Part shown: positions 55,046-64,000 of the stretch, piece after piece
How positions within the stretch are numbered: position 1 is the stretch's first letter
Layout: each line of letters begins with the position of its first letter
Sequence record: NC_104190.1
DNA length: 64,000 bases
Source of the DNA: Escherichia phage IME178
Strand: one strand, 5' to 3'
Notes under the pieces: model-generated
What the model was told of the DNA's origin: nothing
Databases searched by the model: none
What the model saw: only the letters and a program-made list of their open reading frames with translations
Position numbers and translations under genes: made by a program

Positions 55046-56518
55046 ATGACCTTGTTTAACGTGCAAGCTGTAGTGTTGAAGATGCTTCTAGCTTCTGAAC
55101 AGAAGCAAATAGCATTGGAAACATTCTCAAAACTGCATAAAGATCATTTTAATGACGCTTTCTCCTCAATTTACCAAGCCGTCCAGAATTATTATAAAAA
55201 ATATAACACAATGCCGTCCATTGACGCACTGATGCTTGAAGCTAATAGGAACGCCCGCCTTTCTCAAGCTCTAGTCGTCTTAGCTAACACTCAAATTCCA
55301 GAAGTGAGCATGGAACAGGCACTTGAAGTCCTAGAGGCTGAATATACACAGGATTTATTCCTGAAGCTTCTAGAAACAGACGTGCTTCAAGATTTAACAA
55401 TGCTGGATCAGGGAGAAATTCTCAACCGAGTTGCCTCCCTTCACTTAAAATTAGAAGAGAAAGTAACGAATACTGGAAAAGTATTCAACGCAGATAACAT
55501 GCGTATTTTCCAGAGAGAAGAAGATACCAAACTGAACCTAATCGCTCTTGGTATTTGTAATGAGTTTGACGCTCAAATTGGTTTAGCTCGCACAGAAACG
55601 TTACTGCTTGGTGGTTGGCGTGGTACTGGTAAATCCATTATCTGTTCAAACATACAGGTTCAGCAATATTTGAATGGAGATATTGCTCCATACTTCTCAA
55701 TTGAGATGAAAGAACATGAAGTATTTAGACGTAATCTAGCCATGTTAGCTGGTGTATCCGCACTAGCAATGCGTAATAATACTCTAGAAGGTGCAGCTCT
55801 GCTGAGATTAGCCAGAACTAGAGCTAGAATGTTTAATGGCGGTGAAGAGCTTTTCGATAACTTCGTTAAACAGTACACAATGGCTAAGATGAGTGATTTC
55901 TACGATATGGAGAGTAAACTAATAGAAGGGTATGAACTACATACTCCTATGATTATCGTTTATGACCCTGAACTGTCCATTACAACAGTTGATGTAGAAT
56001 TAAATAAATTAGTTGCTAGATATGGTGATAAAGTTACAGTAGCTTTATTGGACTATATTAACCAAACCCGACTTCCAGACTCTAAAACCATTGATATGTA
56101 TGACTGGAAAGAACAGATGGTTGTTAGCTCGTCTTTCAAATCTATCTGCCAGAAACATAACGTGGCTGGCGTAGCTCCTTACCAGATCGATCAAGATGGT
56201 AGAACACGTATGTCAAAGGGTATTCTTGATTCCGCAGACATGGCTGCTAATCTTAATGCTGCAAAAGCTGATAATGGTCAAGGTGCTATTATGTTTGACT
56301 TCGTTAAGACTCGTTCTTCTGATAGCGTGAAGTTTATGCCTAAAATGAACTGGGAAACCTTGCGGATGGATAACACTACCAACCTAGCGATGGAAGATAT
56401 ATCTCAAATGGAAGCTGAGTTCGTTATCCCTATTGAGAAGGATAAGCCGGCTCAACCTAAACGTGCTAAGAAAGACAAAACCGAAAATTCAACAGGTGAA
56501 CAGGCCAGCGATATATGA
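55046..56518 (+). CDS. DnaB-like replicative helicase
   Basis: RecA-fold Walker A GGWRGTGKS; longest-ORF start sits inside the terminator hairpin so start moved downstream (55046-55082 uncertain). Confidence 0.65.
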   Translation: MTLFNVQAVVLKMLLASEQKQIALETFSKLHKDHFNDAFSSIYQAVQNYYKKYNTMPSIDALMLEANRNARLSQALVVLANTQIPEVSMEQALEVLEAEYTQDLFLKLLETDVLQDLTMLDQGEILNRVASLHLKLEEKVTNTGKVFNADNMRIFQREEDTKLNLIALGICNEFDAQIGLARTETLLLGGWRGTGKSIICSNIQVQQYLNGDIAPYFSIEMKEHEVFRRNLAMLAGVSALAMRNNTLEGAALLRLARTRARMFNGGEELFDNFVKQYTMAKMSDFYDMESKLIEGYELHTPMIIVYDPELSITTVDVELNKLVARYGDKVTVALLDYINQTRLPDSKTIDMYDWKEQMVVSSSFKSICQKHNVAGVAPYQIDQDGRTRMSKGILDSADMAANLNAAKADNGQGAIMFDFVKTRSSDSVKFMPKMNWETLRMDNTTNLAMEDISQMEAEFVIPIEKDKPAQPKRAKKDKTENSTGEQASDI

Positions 56519-57294
56519 GTAGAATAACAGAACTACTTGATCTGAAAGGCATTGAATATAAAGACACAGGTGGGGACATCCTCATCTGTTGTCTCAATCC
56601 AGATCATGACGATAAACACCCAAGTTTGCGTATTGATCCTGAAACAGGTATTATGCACTGCTTGAGTTGTGGCTTCGGTAAAGGTATACCGAGCATTTAC
56701 CATTATTTTAATGAGACTCAGTACCGACAGTCCCCAAGGCTATCGCAAGTACGTAAAAAGATTTCAGAGATTAGGAATGGGTCAACGAATCTTGCAATTC
56801 CTGAATCTGCTTACCTTTTCGAAGGTGATTTCCGAGGTATAAGTTCTAAGACCTTGAAGAAATATTTTGCTTTCCAACACCAAGCAGACTGGGAAGGCAG
56901 AATTGTATTCCCAATCACAGATGCTGTTGGACGCAATATCCTATTTTTGGGTCGTTCTATAAACAGTTCTGCCCCTCCTAAATACTTAGTAAAACCAAAA
57001 CAAGTTTCACCACCAATTTTTCCTGTACGATATAATACCCCAATTCTTATTCTAGTTGAAGGTATCTTTGATATGCTGAATCTAGAGGATAATGGTATAG
57101 ACTATGCTTCTTGTTGCTTCGGTACACATCAGTTTACTTCAGATAACATTGCAGATAAGTTTAGTCCGTATATTATTGCTGGTGTTAAAGTTGTTGTTAT
57201 CTTACTAGATAATGATGCTTCTGGTAATAAAGCTGCACAAGCACTGGCTAAGCTAATTCGTACAAAAAACGCGTTTAACACCTGTAGTTGCTAA
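56515..57294 (+). CDS. DnaG-like DNA primase (zinc-binding plus TOPRIM), truncated by frameshift
   Basis: Zn ribbon CCLNPDH...HCLSCGFG, TOPRIM ILVEGIFD and LLDNDASG; ORF stops just after an A6 run. Confidence 0.75.
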   Translation: MSRITELLDLKGIEYKDTGGDILICCLNPDHDDKHPSLRIDPETGIMHCLSCGFGKGIPSIYHYFNETQYRQSPRLSQVRKKISEIRNGSTNLAIPESAYLFEGDFRGISSKTLKKYFAFQHQADWEGRIVFPITDAVGRNILFLGRSINSSAPPKYLVKPKQVSPPIFPVRYNTPILILVEGIFDMLNLEDNGIDYASCCFGTHQFTSDNIADKFSPYIIAGVKVVVILLDNDASGNKAAQALAKLIRTKNAFNTCSC

Positions 57295-57406
57295 CTTTCT
57301 TCTGCCTGAAGGTAAAGACCCAGGTGACTTAAGTAAAGAAGAAATTGATATGTTAGCAAAACGTATTGAAATTTTAGTTGCTGAATCGCTTAAAGATTTG
57401 GTATAA
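57257..57406 (+). CDS. DNA primase C-terminal fragment (+1 frame)
   Basis: +1 frame after the A6 run encodes the canonical TOPRIM tail LPEGKDPGDL. Confidence 0.6.
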   Translation, partial: FVQKTRLTPVVANFLLPEGKDPGDLSKEEIDMLAKRIEILVAESLKDLV

Positions 57407-57455
57407 TAGTCCTAAATAACTGAGGAGCTACTATGGAATATGTATATATATTTAT

Positions 57456-57764
57456 GTGGATGTTCCAGTGTATGATAGTATAACACACAAAGAGGTTAAA
57501 CTAGAGCGGTTTACAACACTGGAGTCCCTTAATAAACGAAAGAATTTCCATTTATTTGGTGATCCTAAATTACCTGCATCTTATATTTACTTTAAAGTAA
57601 AAGATACAGGTCAAGAGGTATACCTAACATATGATTGGGCTGTTGTAGAAAATACTGAGCAATCTATGAAAGCGCTAGATGCTTTTCTGCGTATAGATGA
57701 AGAATTTCGGGTACTAGAAAAGCAGCGCAATGAAATGCGTAAATTACTTCACACCTATAAATAG
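57456..57764 (+). CDS. hypothetical protein (102 aa)
   Basis: GTG start without RBS; overlapped by a 16-codon ORF (57433-57483) that has a strong GAGGAG RBS. Confidence 0.4.
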   Translation: MDVPVYDSITHKEVKLERFTTLESLNKRKNFHLFGDPKLPASYIYFKVKDTGQEVYLTYDWAVVENTEQSMKALDAFLRIDEEFRVLEKQRNEMRKLLHTYK

Positions 57765-57767
57765 TAT

Positions 57768-57796
57768 TTGCTATTATCCCAATATTTTGATATAAT
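57768..57796 (+). promoter_or_regulatory. T5-type sigma70 promoter upstream of DNA polymerase
   Basis: TTGCTA (57768-57773), 17 bp, TATAAT (57791-57796). Confidence 0.55.
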
Positions 57797-57857
57797 ATAT
57801 TGGTAAGTTAGAGAAGAAACACTGAAGTTATACTTACTTACCAAGAGGAGATTAAAT

Positions 57858-60425
57858 TTGAAAATCGCAGTAGTTGATAAAGCTCTAAATAACACTCGTT
57901 ATGATAAACATTTCCAGCTATACGGCGAGGAAGTTGATGTATTCCATATGTGTAACGAGAAGTTATCTGGTCGTTTGCTTAAAAAGCACATTACTATTGG
58001 AACACCAGAAAACCCATTTGATCCGAATGATTATGATTTTGTTATACTAGTAGGTGCTGAACCTTTCCTGTATTTCGCAGGTAAGAAAGGCATTGGTGAC
58101 TATACTGGTAAACGTGTAGAGTATAATGGATATGCTAACTGGATTGCGAGTATCAGCCCAGCCCAGTTACACTTTAAACCTGAAATGAAACCAGTTTTCG
58201 ATGCAACAGTAGAAAATATCCACGATATTATCAATGGTCGTGAGAAGGTTGCAAAAGCTGGTGATTATCGTCCTATTACTGACCCTGAGGAGGCAGAAGA
58301 ATATATCAAGATGGTGTATAATATGGTTATCGGACCTGTCGCATTCGACTCCGAAACCTCAGCACTATACTGTCGAGATGGTTATCTGCTTGGTGTTTCT
58401 ATGTCTCACCAAGAGTATCAGGGTGTGTATATCGATTCTGATTGTCTCACAGAGGTTGCAGTATATTATCTCCAGAAAATTCTGGACAGTGAAAACCACA
58501 CTATTGTTTTTCACAACTTGAAGTTCGATATGCACTTTTATAAGTACCATCTGGGGCTTACTTTTGATAAAGCGCATAAAGAACGCAGGCTCCATGATAC
58601 CATGTTGCAGCACTATGTTCTAGATGAGCGTCGTGGTACTCATGGCTTAAAATCTCTAGCTATGAAGTACACCGATATGGGTGACTATGACTTCGAACTA
58701 GATAAGTTTAAAGATGATTACTGCAAAGCACATAAAATTAAGAAAGAAGATTTCAGCTATGATCTGATTCCTTTTGATATTATGTGGCCATATGCTGCAA
58801 AAGATACAGATGCTACTCTACGTCTTCATAACTTCTTCTTACCAAAAATTGAGAAGAATGAAAAACTTTGCAGTCTGTATTATGATGTTCTAATGCCTGG
58901 TTGTGTATTTCTCCAGCGTGTTGAGGATCGTGGTGTACCTATTTCTATTGATCGTTTAAAAGAAGCTCAGTACCAGTTAACCCATAATCTGAATAAAGCT
59001 CGTGAAAAGCTGTATACTTATCCAGAAGTCGTTCAGCTAGAGAAAGATCAGAACGAAGCATTTAATCCTAACTCTGTTAAGCAGCTACGTGTTCTTCTGT
59101 TTGACTATGTTGGCTTAACTCCAACAGGTAAACTGACGGATACTGGAGCAGACTCTACAGATGCAGAAGCTCTGAACGAATTGTCTACGCAGCATCCAAT
59201 TGCTAAGACTCTACTAGAGATTCGTAAGCTGACTAAGCTGATCTCTACTTATGTTGAGAAAATTCTTCTGAGCATTGATGCAGATGGTTGCATTCGTACT
59301 GGCTTCCACGAACACATGACTACTTCTGGTCGTCTGAGTTCTTCTGGTAAACTGAACCTGCAACAGTTACCTCGTGATGAATCTATTATCAAGGGTTGTG
59401 TAGTAGCTCCTCCGGGGTACCGTGTAATCGCGTGGGACTTAACAACTGCGGAAGTTTATTATGCTGCTGTTCTATCTGGTGATAGAAATATGCAACAGGT
59501 ATTTATCAACATGAGAAATGAACCTGATAAATACCCGGACTTCCACTCTAACATCGCACACATGGTATTTAAGCTCCAATGCGAACCCCGTGATGTTAAA
59601 AAGCTGTTCCCAGCTTTGCGTCAAGCAGCTAAAGCAATCACCTTTGGTATTCTGTATGGTTCTGGCCCAGCTAAAGTAGCTCATTCTGTTAACGAAGCTC
59701 TTCTGGAACAGGCTGCTAAGACAGGCGAACCGTTTGTAGAATGTACGGTTGCAGATGCTAAAGAGTATATCGAAACTTACTTCGGTCAGTTCCCACAGCT
59801 TAAGCGTTGGATTGATAAGTGCCACGATCAGATCAAGAATCATGGATTTATCTATAGTCACTTTGGTCGTAAGCGTCGTCTGCACAATATCCACTCCGAA
59901 GACCGTGGTGTTCAGGGTGAGGAAATCCGTTCTGGATTTAACGCAATCATTCAGTCTGCTTCTTCTGATAGTCTCCTTTTAGGTGCTGTAGATGCAGATA
60001 ATGAGATCATTTCTCTTGGCCTAGAACAAGAGATGAAGATTGTTATGCTAGTTCACGACTCCGTAGTTGCTATTGTTCGTGAGGATTTGATCGACCAATA
60101 CAATGAAATCTTGATTCGTAATATTCAGAAAGACCGCGGTATTAGTATTCCTGGCTGTCCGATTGGTATTGATTCAGATTCTGAAGCTGGAGGTTCTCGC
60201 GACTACTCTTGTGGTAAGATGAAGAAACAGCACCCATCAATCGCTTGTATTGATGATGATGAATATACTCGTTATGTCAAGGGTGTATTACTTGACGCAG
60301 AATTCGAGTATAAGAAACTAGCTGCAATGGATAAAGAGCATCCAGATCATAGCAAATACAAGGATGATAAGTTTATTGCTGTATGTAAAGATTTGGATAA
60401 CGTGAGAAGGATTCTCGGTGCTTGA
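57858..60425 (+). CDS. DNA polymerase (family A, T5-type)
   Basis: 855 aa, the size I recall for T5 polymerase; 3-prime to 5-prime exo motifs (AFDSET) and Pol A motifs; TTG start after AGGAG RBS. Confidence 0.85.
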   Translation: MKIAVVDKALNNTRYDKHFQLYGEEVDVFHMCNEKLSGRLLKKHITIGTPENPFDPNDYDFVILVGAEPFLYFAGKKGIGDYTGKRVEYNGYANWIASISPAQLHFKPEMKPVFDATVENIHDIINGREKVAKAGDYRPITDPEEAEEYIKMVYNMVIGPVAFDSETSALYCRDGYLLGVSMSHQEYQGVYIDSDCLTEVAVYYLQKILDSENHTIVFHNLKFDMHFYKYHLGLTFDKAHKERRLHDTMLQHYVLDERRGTHGLKSLAMKYTDMGDYDFELDKFKDDYCKAHKIKKEDFSYDLIPFDIMWPYAAKDTDATLRLHNFFLPKIEKNEKLCSLYYDVLMPGCVFLQRVEDRGVPISIDRLKEAQYQLTHNLNKAREKLYTYPEVVQLEKDQNEAFNPNSVKQLRVLLFDYVGLTPTGKLTDTGADSTDAEALNELSTQHPIAKTLLEIRKLTKLISTYVEKILLSIDADGCIRTGFHEHMTTSGRLSSSGKLNLQQLPRDESIIKGCVVAPPGYRVIAWDLTTAEVYYAAVLSGDRNMQQVFINMRNEPDKYPDFHSNIAHMVFKLQCEPRDVKKLFPALRQAAKAITFGILYGSGPAKVAHSVNEALLEQAAKTGEPFVECTVADAKEYIETYFGQFPQLKRWIDKCHDQIKNHGFIYSHFGRKRRLHNIHSEDRGVQGEEIRSGFNAIIQSASSDSLLLGAVDADNEIISLGLEQEMKIVMLVHDSVVAIVREDLIDQYNEILIRNIQKDRGISIPGCPIGIDSDSEAGGSRDYSCGKMKKQHPSIACIDDDEYTRYVKGVLLDAEFEYKKLAAMDKEHPDHSKYKDDKFIAVCKDLDNVRRILGA

Positions 60426-60915
60426 TTTCAAATTGCCCGTATATGCTTTACGGGCTTTTGTATCAATTGAGCAAGAAGGTGATTATTCCGTAATTACAAC
60501 AAGATATAATAAATATGTGCTAGATAACAGGAAGTTGCCTGGCACTTTTTCTCAACGTAGGCTTATTCTATTTGAGAAACGGAAAGAATTACCATATAAG
60601 CTCTATCCTATTAGAGGTAGAATATCAATGTTGTCTCAATTAGTTGGGTCAAAGCGTAGCCAATTTATAGATTCTGATGGAAATCTTATTAACTGGAAGA
60701 AAACTACGTTCTATGATGTTGTCACCTCTAAAGTTTTGCATTCAGCTAGAATTTATAACGGAAAATACCAATGCTATGTAGCTAAAGTTCCGTATCCATT
60801 TGTATTATCCTATGTTCCAGCTTATATAAGCTATATTCTGGTAAATAATAGCCCTGTTATTTATCAAGTCCATCAAGAGGAGCCTGAAATTCCTAGACTT
60901 AGAATAAAATTATGA
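60418..60915 (+). CDS. hypothetical protein (165 aa)
   Basis: ORF between polymerase and helicase. Confidence 0.5.
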   Translation: MLDFKLPVYALRAFVSIEQEGDYSVITTRYNKYVLDNRKLPGTFSQRRLILFEKRKELPYKLYPIRGRISMLSQLVGSKRSQFIDSDGNLINWKKTTFYDVVTSKVLHSARIYNGKYQCYVAKVPYPFVLSYVPAYISYILVNNSPVIYQVHQEEPEIPRLRIKL

Positions 60916-62264
60916 AGGTTGTTATATCTAATAAAGCCTATTTCAAGCCCGATGATGAACTTTGGGATTATTGTAGTAAGCAAACCACTTATCACATAGA
61001 GACAATGACTAGTAAATACCCTATTATGTATAAGAATAGTGGTGTTGTTGCCAAAGAGATTAAGTGGATTCCTATTACACGTCTGGACTTACTAGATGCT
61101 AAAGGAGTAAAATACGAATTAGTAGATAAACGTACATTAGCTCCGGTAGATATACCAAAACCTAAGTTCAAGCTGCGTGAAGAAGACCAGCTCCCAATAT
61201 ATGAAGAGTGCGATGATACCTGTATTATTAATGGTAAGCCTGGGTTTGGTAAAACTATCCTAGCCCTTGCACTTGCGTATAAATTTGGCCAGAAAACTTT
61301 GGTAATCTGTACGAATACATCCATTCGTGAAATGTGGGCGGCAGAAGTTCGTAAATGGTTTGGGTTTGAACCGGGCATTATAGGTTCTGGGAAATACAAT
61401 ATTGATCCACCAATTGTGGTCAGTAATATTCAAACAGTGAATAAACATGCGAATAATCTTTCTAAAGTATTCGGTACTGTTATAGTTGATGAAGTTCACC
61501 ATTGTGTGGCTACAACTTTCACTAACTTCCTAGAAATATCATGTGCTCGCTATAAAATTGGACTATCCGGCACATTAAAACGGAAAGATGGTCTACAAGT
61601 TATGTTCAAAGATTTCTTTGGATATAAGATCTTTAGCCCCCCGGTTAATAATACTGTTGCACCTACAATCCATAGGTACTCCGTACCTGTTGAGTTATCA
61701 GGAAACCAAAACGTACCATGGGCATTACGTGCTAACGATGTGTATAATCATCCTAAATATCGAGAGACTATTATAAACCTGGCACATTTATACGTGAATA
61801 TGGGGCATAAAGTACTCATTGTAAGTGATAGAACAGAGTTAATCCAAACAGTATTAGAAGCTCTTGCACAGCGTGGTGTTACAACATATGAAATTATAGG
61901 GGCAACCCACTTAGATGACCGATTAAAAATTCAGGAAGATATAGCAAAAGGTGGACCTTGTGTACTTGCAGCAGCTCAAAGCATCTTCTCTGAAGGTATT
62001 TCTCTTAATGAGTTGTCTTGTTTAATAATGGGAAGTCTCATTAATAATGAGTCTCTCATTGAACAGCTTGCAGGTCGTGTTCAACGTATTGTCGATGGTA
62101 AACTCGACCCTATTGTTGTAGATCTAATTATGAAAGGTGGCACTGGACTAAGACAGGCTTCTGGACGTATGGCAGTATATCGTAACAACGGGTGGAAAAC
62201 TATTACCATGACTCCTGAGAAAGCAGTTCAATTAGCTAAAATTGCATTTGGCAACAGCTCATAA
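60912..62264 (+). CDS. SF2 DNA helicase (D10-like)
   Basis: Walker A GKPGFGKT, DEVH box VIVDEVHH, C-terminal helicase domain motifs. Confidence 0.75.
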   Translation: MKVVISNKAYFKPDDELWDYCSKQTTYHIETMTSKYPIMYKNSGVVAKEIKWIPITRLDLLDAKGVKYELVDKRTLAPVDIPKPKFKLREEDQLPIYEECDDTCIINGKPGFGKTILALALAYKFGQKTLVICTNTSIREMWAAEVRKWFGFEPGIIGSGKYNIDPPIVVSNIQTVNKHANNLSKVFGTVIVDEVHHCVATTFTNFLEISCARYKIGLSGTLKRKDGLQVMFKDFFGYKIFSPPVNNTVAPTIHRYSVPVELSGNQNVPWALRANDVYNHPKYRETIINLAHLYVNMGHKVLIVSDRTELIQTVLEALAQRGVTTYEIIGATHLDDRLKIQEDIAKGGPCVLAAAQSIFSEGISLNELSCLIMGSLINNESLIEQLAGRVQRIVDGKLDPIVVDLIMKGGTGLRQASGRMAVYRNNGWKTITMTPEKAVQLAKIAFGNSS

Positions 62265-62485
62265 ATGATGTATAATATACACATAAATTTGAGAGAGAAA
62301 GTTTCGGATTGATAAGAAAGTCCGAAGCAGAAAAATAAAAAATTTTAGTTGCTAAATTCTCTCGAAATCTAGTATAATATATACATAAATTCGAGGAGAA
62401 AATAAAAATTAAATTCTTCGATTATGAAAAGCTATACTTACTAGCTAGAGGAAATTCCGACCTAATTATTAAGCTATTCAAAAGA

Positions 62486-62770
62486 ATGCTTACAGAGCCT
62501 GATGCTCACCAATTATTGGTCGGTTCCTCATTCATTTTGAATGAATCAACAATAGTTGATAATCCAAATAAATTGTCTAATAGACAACTGGCAGAATATC
62601 TAGGAATTTTAAGTCTACGAAATTATGCCGAATACAAGTTTACAAACGATCCTAGTTTGGACATACAATATGTTCCAGTATGGATACCACGTTTAGTAAT
62701 CGACACTAACCCACTAATCGCAATTAACAAATCGAAATTAATCTTTAAAGAGGAAATAAAATATGGCTAA
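62486..62770 (+). CDS. hypothetical protein (94 aa)
   Basis: ORF downstream of two tandem promoter motifs (62265-62300, 62370-62400). Confidence 0.45.
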   Translation: MLTEPDAHQLLVGSSFILNESTIVDNPNKLSNRQLAEYLGILSLRNYAEYKFTNDPSLDIQYVPVWIPRLVIDTNPLIAINKSKLIFKEEIKYG

Positions 62771-63536
62771 GTCTTGGGGCGAAACTACTGGCGGTTCTAA
62801 CGATAAAATCGAATTCCTGAAGTTCAACAACGGTATCACTCGTGTTCGTATCGTTTCTGGTGTTCTTCCACGTTATGTCTATTGGCTGACTAATAAAGAG
62901 GGTAATGTAGCTCCTTTCGAATGTCTCCGTTTTAACCGTGACAAAGAGAGCTTTGTTCGTGGTAAAGCTGATCCGGTTCATGAGATGGGCTTTTTCGAGA
63001 AAGAGCTGGATAAAGACGGTAATCGTGTTCCGCTGAAACCGAAGAAAAACTATATCGCTTTTGTTATCGACCGTTCTGATAACAAACTGAAAGTAATGGA
63101 AGTCAAGGCTACTATTCTGAAAGGCATCCAGTCTATCATGAAGCAGTTGAATCTGGCAACTCCGTTTGATATTGATATTTCTATCGAGAAAAAAGGTAAA
63201 GGTTTCGATACTGAGTATGATGTACAGCAGATTGCTGCTATGCAGTTCCAGATTAAGCTGCAAGATCCCAACAGTGCAGAATCTAAGCAATACGCTGCAG
63301 ATGTAGATCTGATCGGTGAAGCTATGTGTGATGGAGATGGCGACATCATTAAGTTCGAAAAAGTTCCTTCTCTGGAACAAACTTATCCGGTTCCTACCTA
63401 TGAAGAGCAGAAAGAAGCAATTCAAGCCTTCATGGAGGGTCGTGAGAATAAAGATGATGATGCCAAATCTGGTAATAGCAATGCAGGCTCCCAGAAAGGT
63501 ATTGACACAGAAGCTGCAAGCGATCTGGACGACTAA
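62763..63536 (+). CDS. abundant acidic-tailed protein (257 aa)
   Basis: Strong E. coli-like high-expression codon usage; acidic C-terminal tail. Confidence 0.5.
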   Translation: MAKSWGETTGGSNDKIEFLKFNNGITRVRIVSGVLPRYVYWLTNKEGNVAPFECLRFNRDKESFVRGKADPVHEMGFFEKELDKDGNRVPLKPKKNYIAFVIDRSDNKLKVMEVKATILKGIQSIMKQLNLATPFDIDISIEKKGKGFDTEYDVQQIAAMQFQIKLQDPNSAESKQYAADVDLIGEAMCDGDGDIIKFEKVPSLEQTYPVPTYEEQKEAIQAFMEGRENKDDDAKSGNSNAGSQKGIDTEAASDLDD

Positions 63537-63542
63537 TAAATA

Positions 63543-63568
63543 GAGGGGCTTCGGCCCCTTTCTTTTTA
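63543..63568 (+). terminator. rho-independent terminator
   Basis: Hairpin AGGGGC-TTCG-GCCCCT followed by a T-run. Confidence 0.65.
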
Positions 63569-63572
63569 ACCA

Positions 63573-64000
63573 ATGAGAATATTATTTAGTGCTGATCATC
63601 ATATCAAACTAGGACAAGATAAAGTTCCAAAGGAATGGCAGAAGCGTCGCTTCCTGATGCTGGGAGAACGGTTAAATGATATATTCCATAATCATAACTG
63701 TGATCTTCATATTGCTGGTGGTGATATACTTGATGTTGCCGATCCGTCGTCAGAAGAAATAGAACTGCTTGAACAGTTCATGTCAAGACTTGACCATCCA
63801 GGCAAAATCTTTACTGGAAATCATGAAATGTTAACGAAAACTATTTCATGCCTATATCATTATGCGGGGGTTATTAATAAAGTAACGAGTGGGAAGTGGG
63901 AAGTAGTTACCAAACCATATCGTTCCCCTGAATTTGATATTGTTCCGTATGATGAAATCCATAAGTCTAAGTGGAAACCATCTGAATCAAAACTATGTTT
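63573..64000 (+). CDS. Mre11/SbcD-like nuclease subunit (5-prime partial, runs off window)
   Basis: Calcineurin-like nuclease motifs DHH, GGDILD and GNHE. Confidence 0.65.
   Translation, partial: MRILFSADHHIKLGQDKVPKEWQKRRFLMLGERLNDIFHNHNCDLHIAGGDILDVADPSSEEIELLEQFMSRLDHPGKIFTGNHEMLTKTISCLYHYAGVINKVTSGKWEVVTKPYRSPEFDIVPYDEIHKSKWKPSESKLC

Noticed and set aside
58234-59982. Short ORFs on both strands inside the DNA polymerase gene
   Set aside because: Alternative-frame and antisense ORFs within a well-supported 855-aa polymerase CDS.

Overview
This window looks like the early region of a T5-like virulent coliphage (Tequintavirus-type architecture), read entirely from sequence and remembered protein motifs; no searches were run. 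Genes 22-41244 are on the minus strand; a divergent promoter region at 41254-41596 switches to plus-strand genes from 41597 onward. Contents: (i) many small early ORFs, a lysis cassette (M15 endolysin plus a disrupted holin-like gene), ClpP-like protease, dNMP kinase, two phosphoesterases and a GrcA-like glycyl-radical cofactor; (ii) a minus-strand tRNA cluster at about 17986-29070 with roughly 29 tRNA or tRNA-like genes interspersed with small ORFs; (iii) a nucleotide-metabolism block (RNase H, thyA, DHFR, nrdB, nrdA, phoH); (iv) plus-strand nrdD, a Sir2-like protein, and a replication module (AEP-like primase-helicase, D5-like DNA-binding protein, DnaB-like helicase, DnaG-like primase, T5-type DNA polymerase, SF2 helicase, start of an Mre11/SbcD-like nuclease) with an NAD-dependent ligase encoded in three pieces. 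A conserved sigma70-type promoter and leader motif recurs more than 25 times in both orientations. The most notable observations are four genes interrupted by single-base frame changes at A/T homopolymers, the three-piece ligase, a 17-nt homopolymer inside a CDS, odd tRNAs, and several unexplained non-coding segments. No CRISPR array, rRNA or clear transposon was seen. tRNA, promoter and terminator coordinates are hand-derived and may be off by a few bases.
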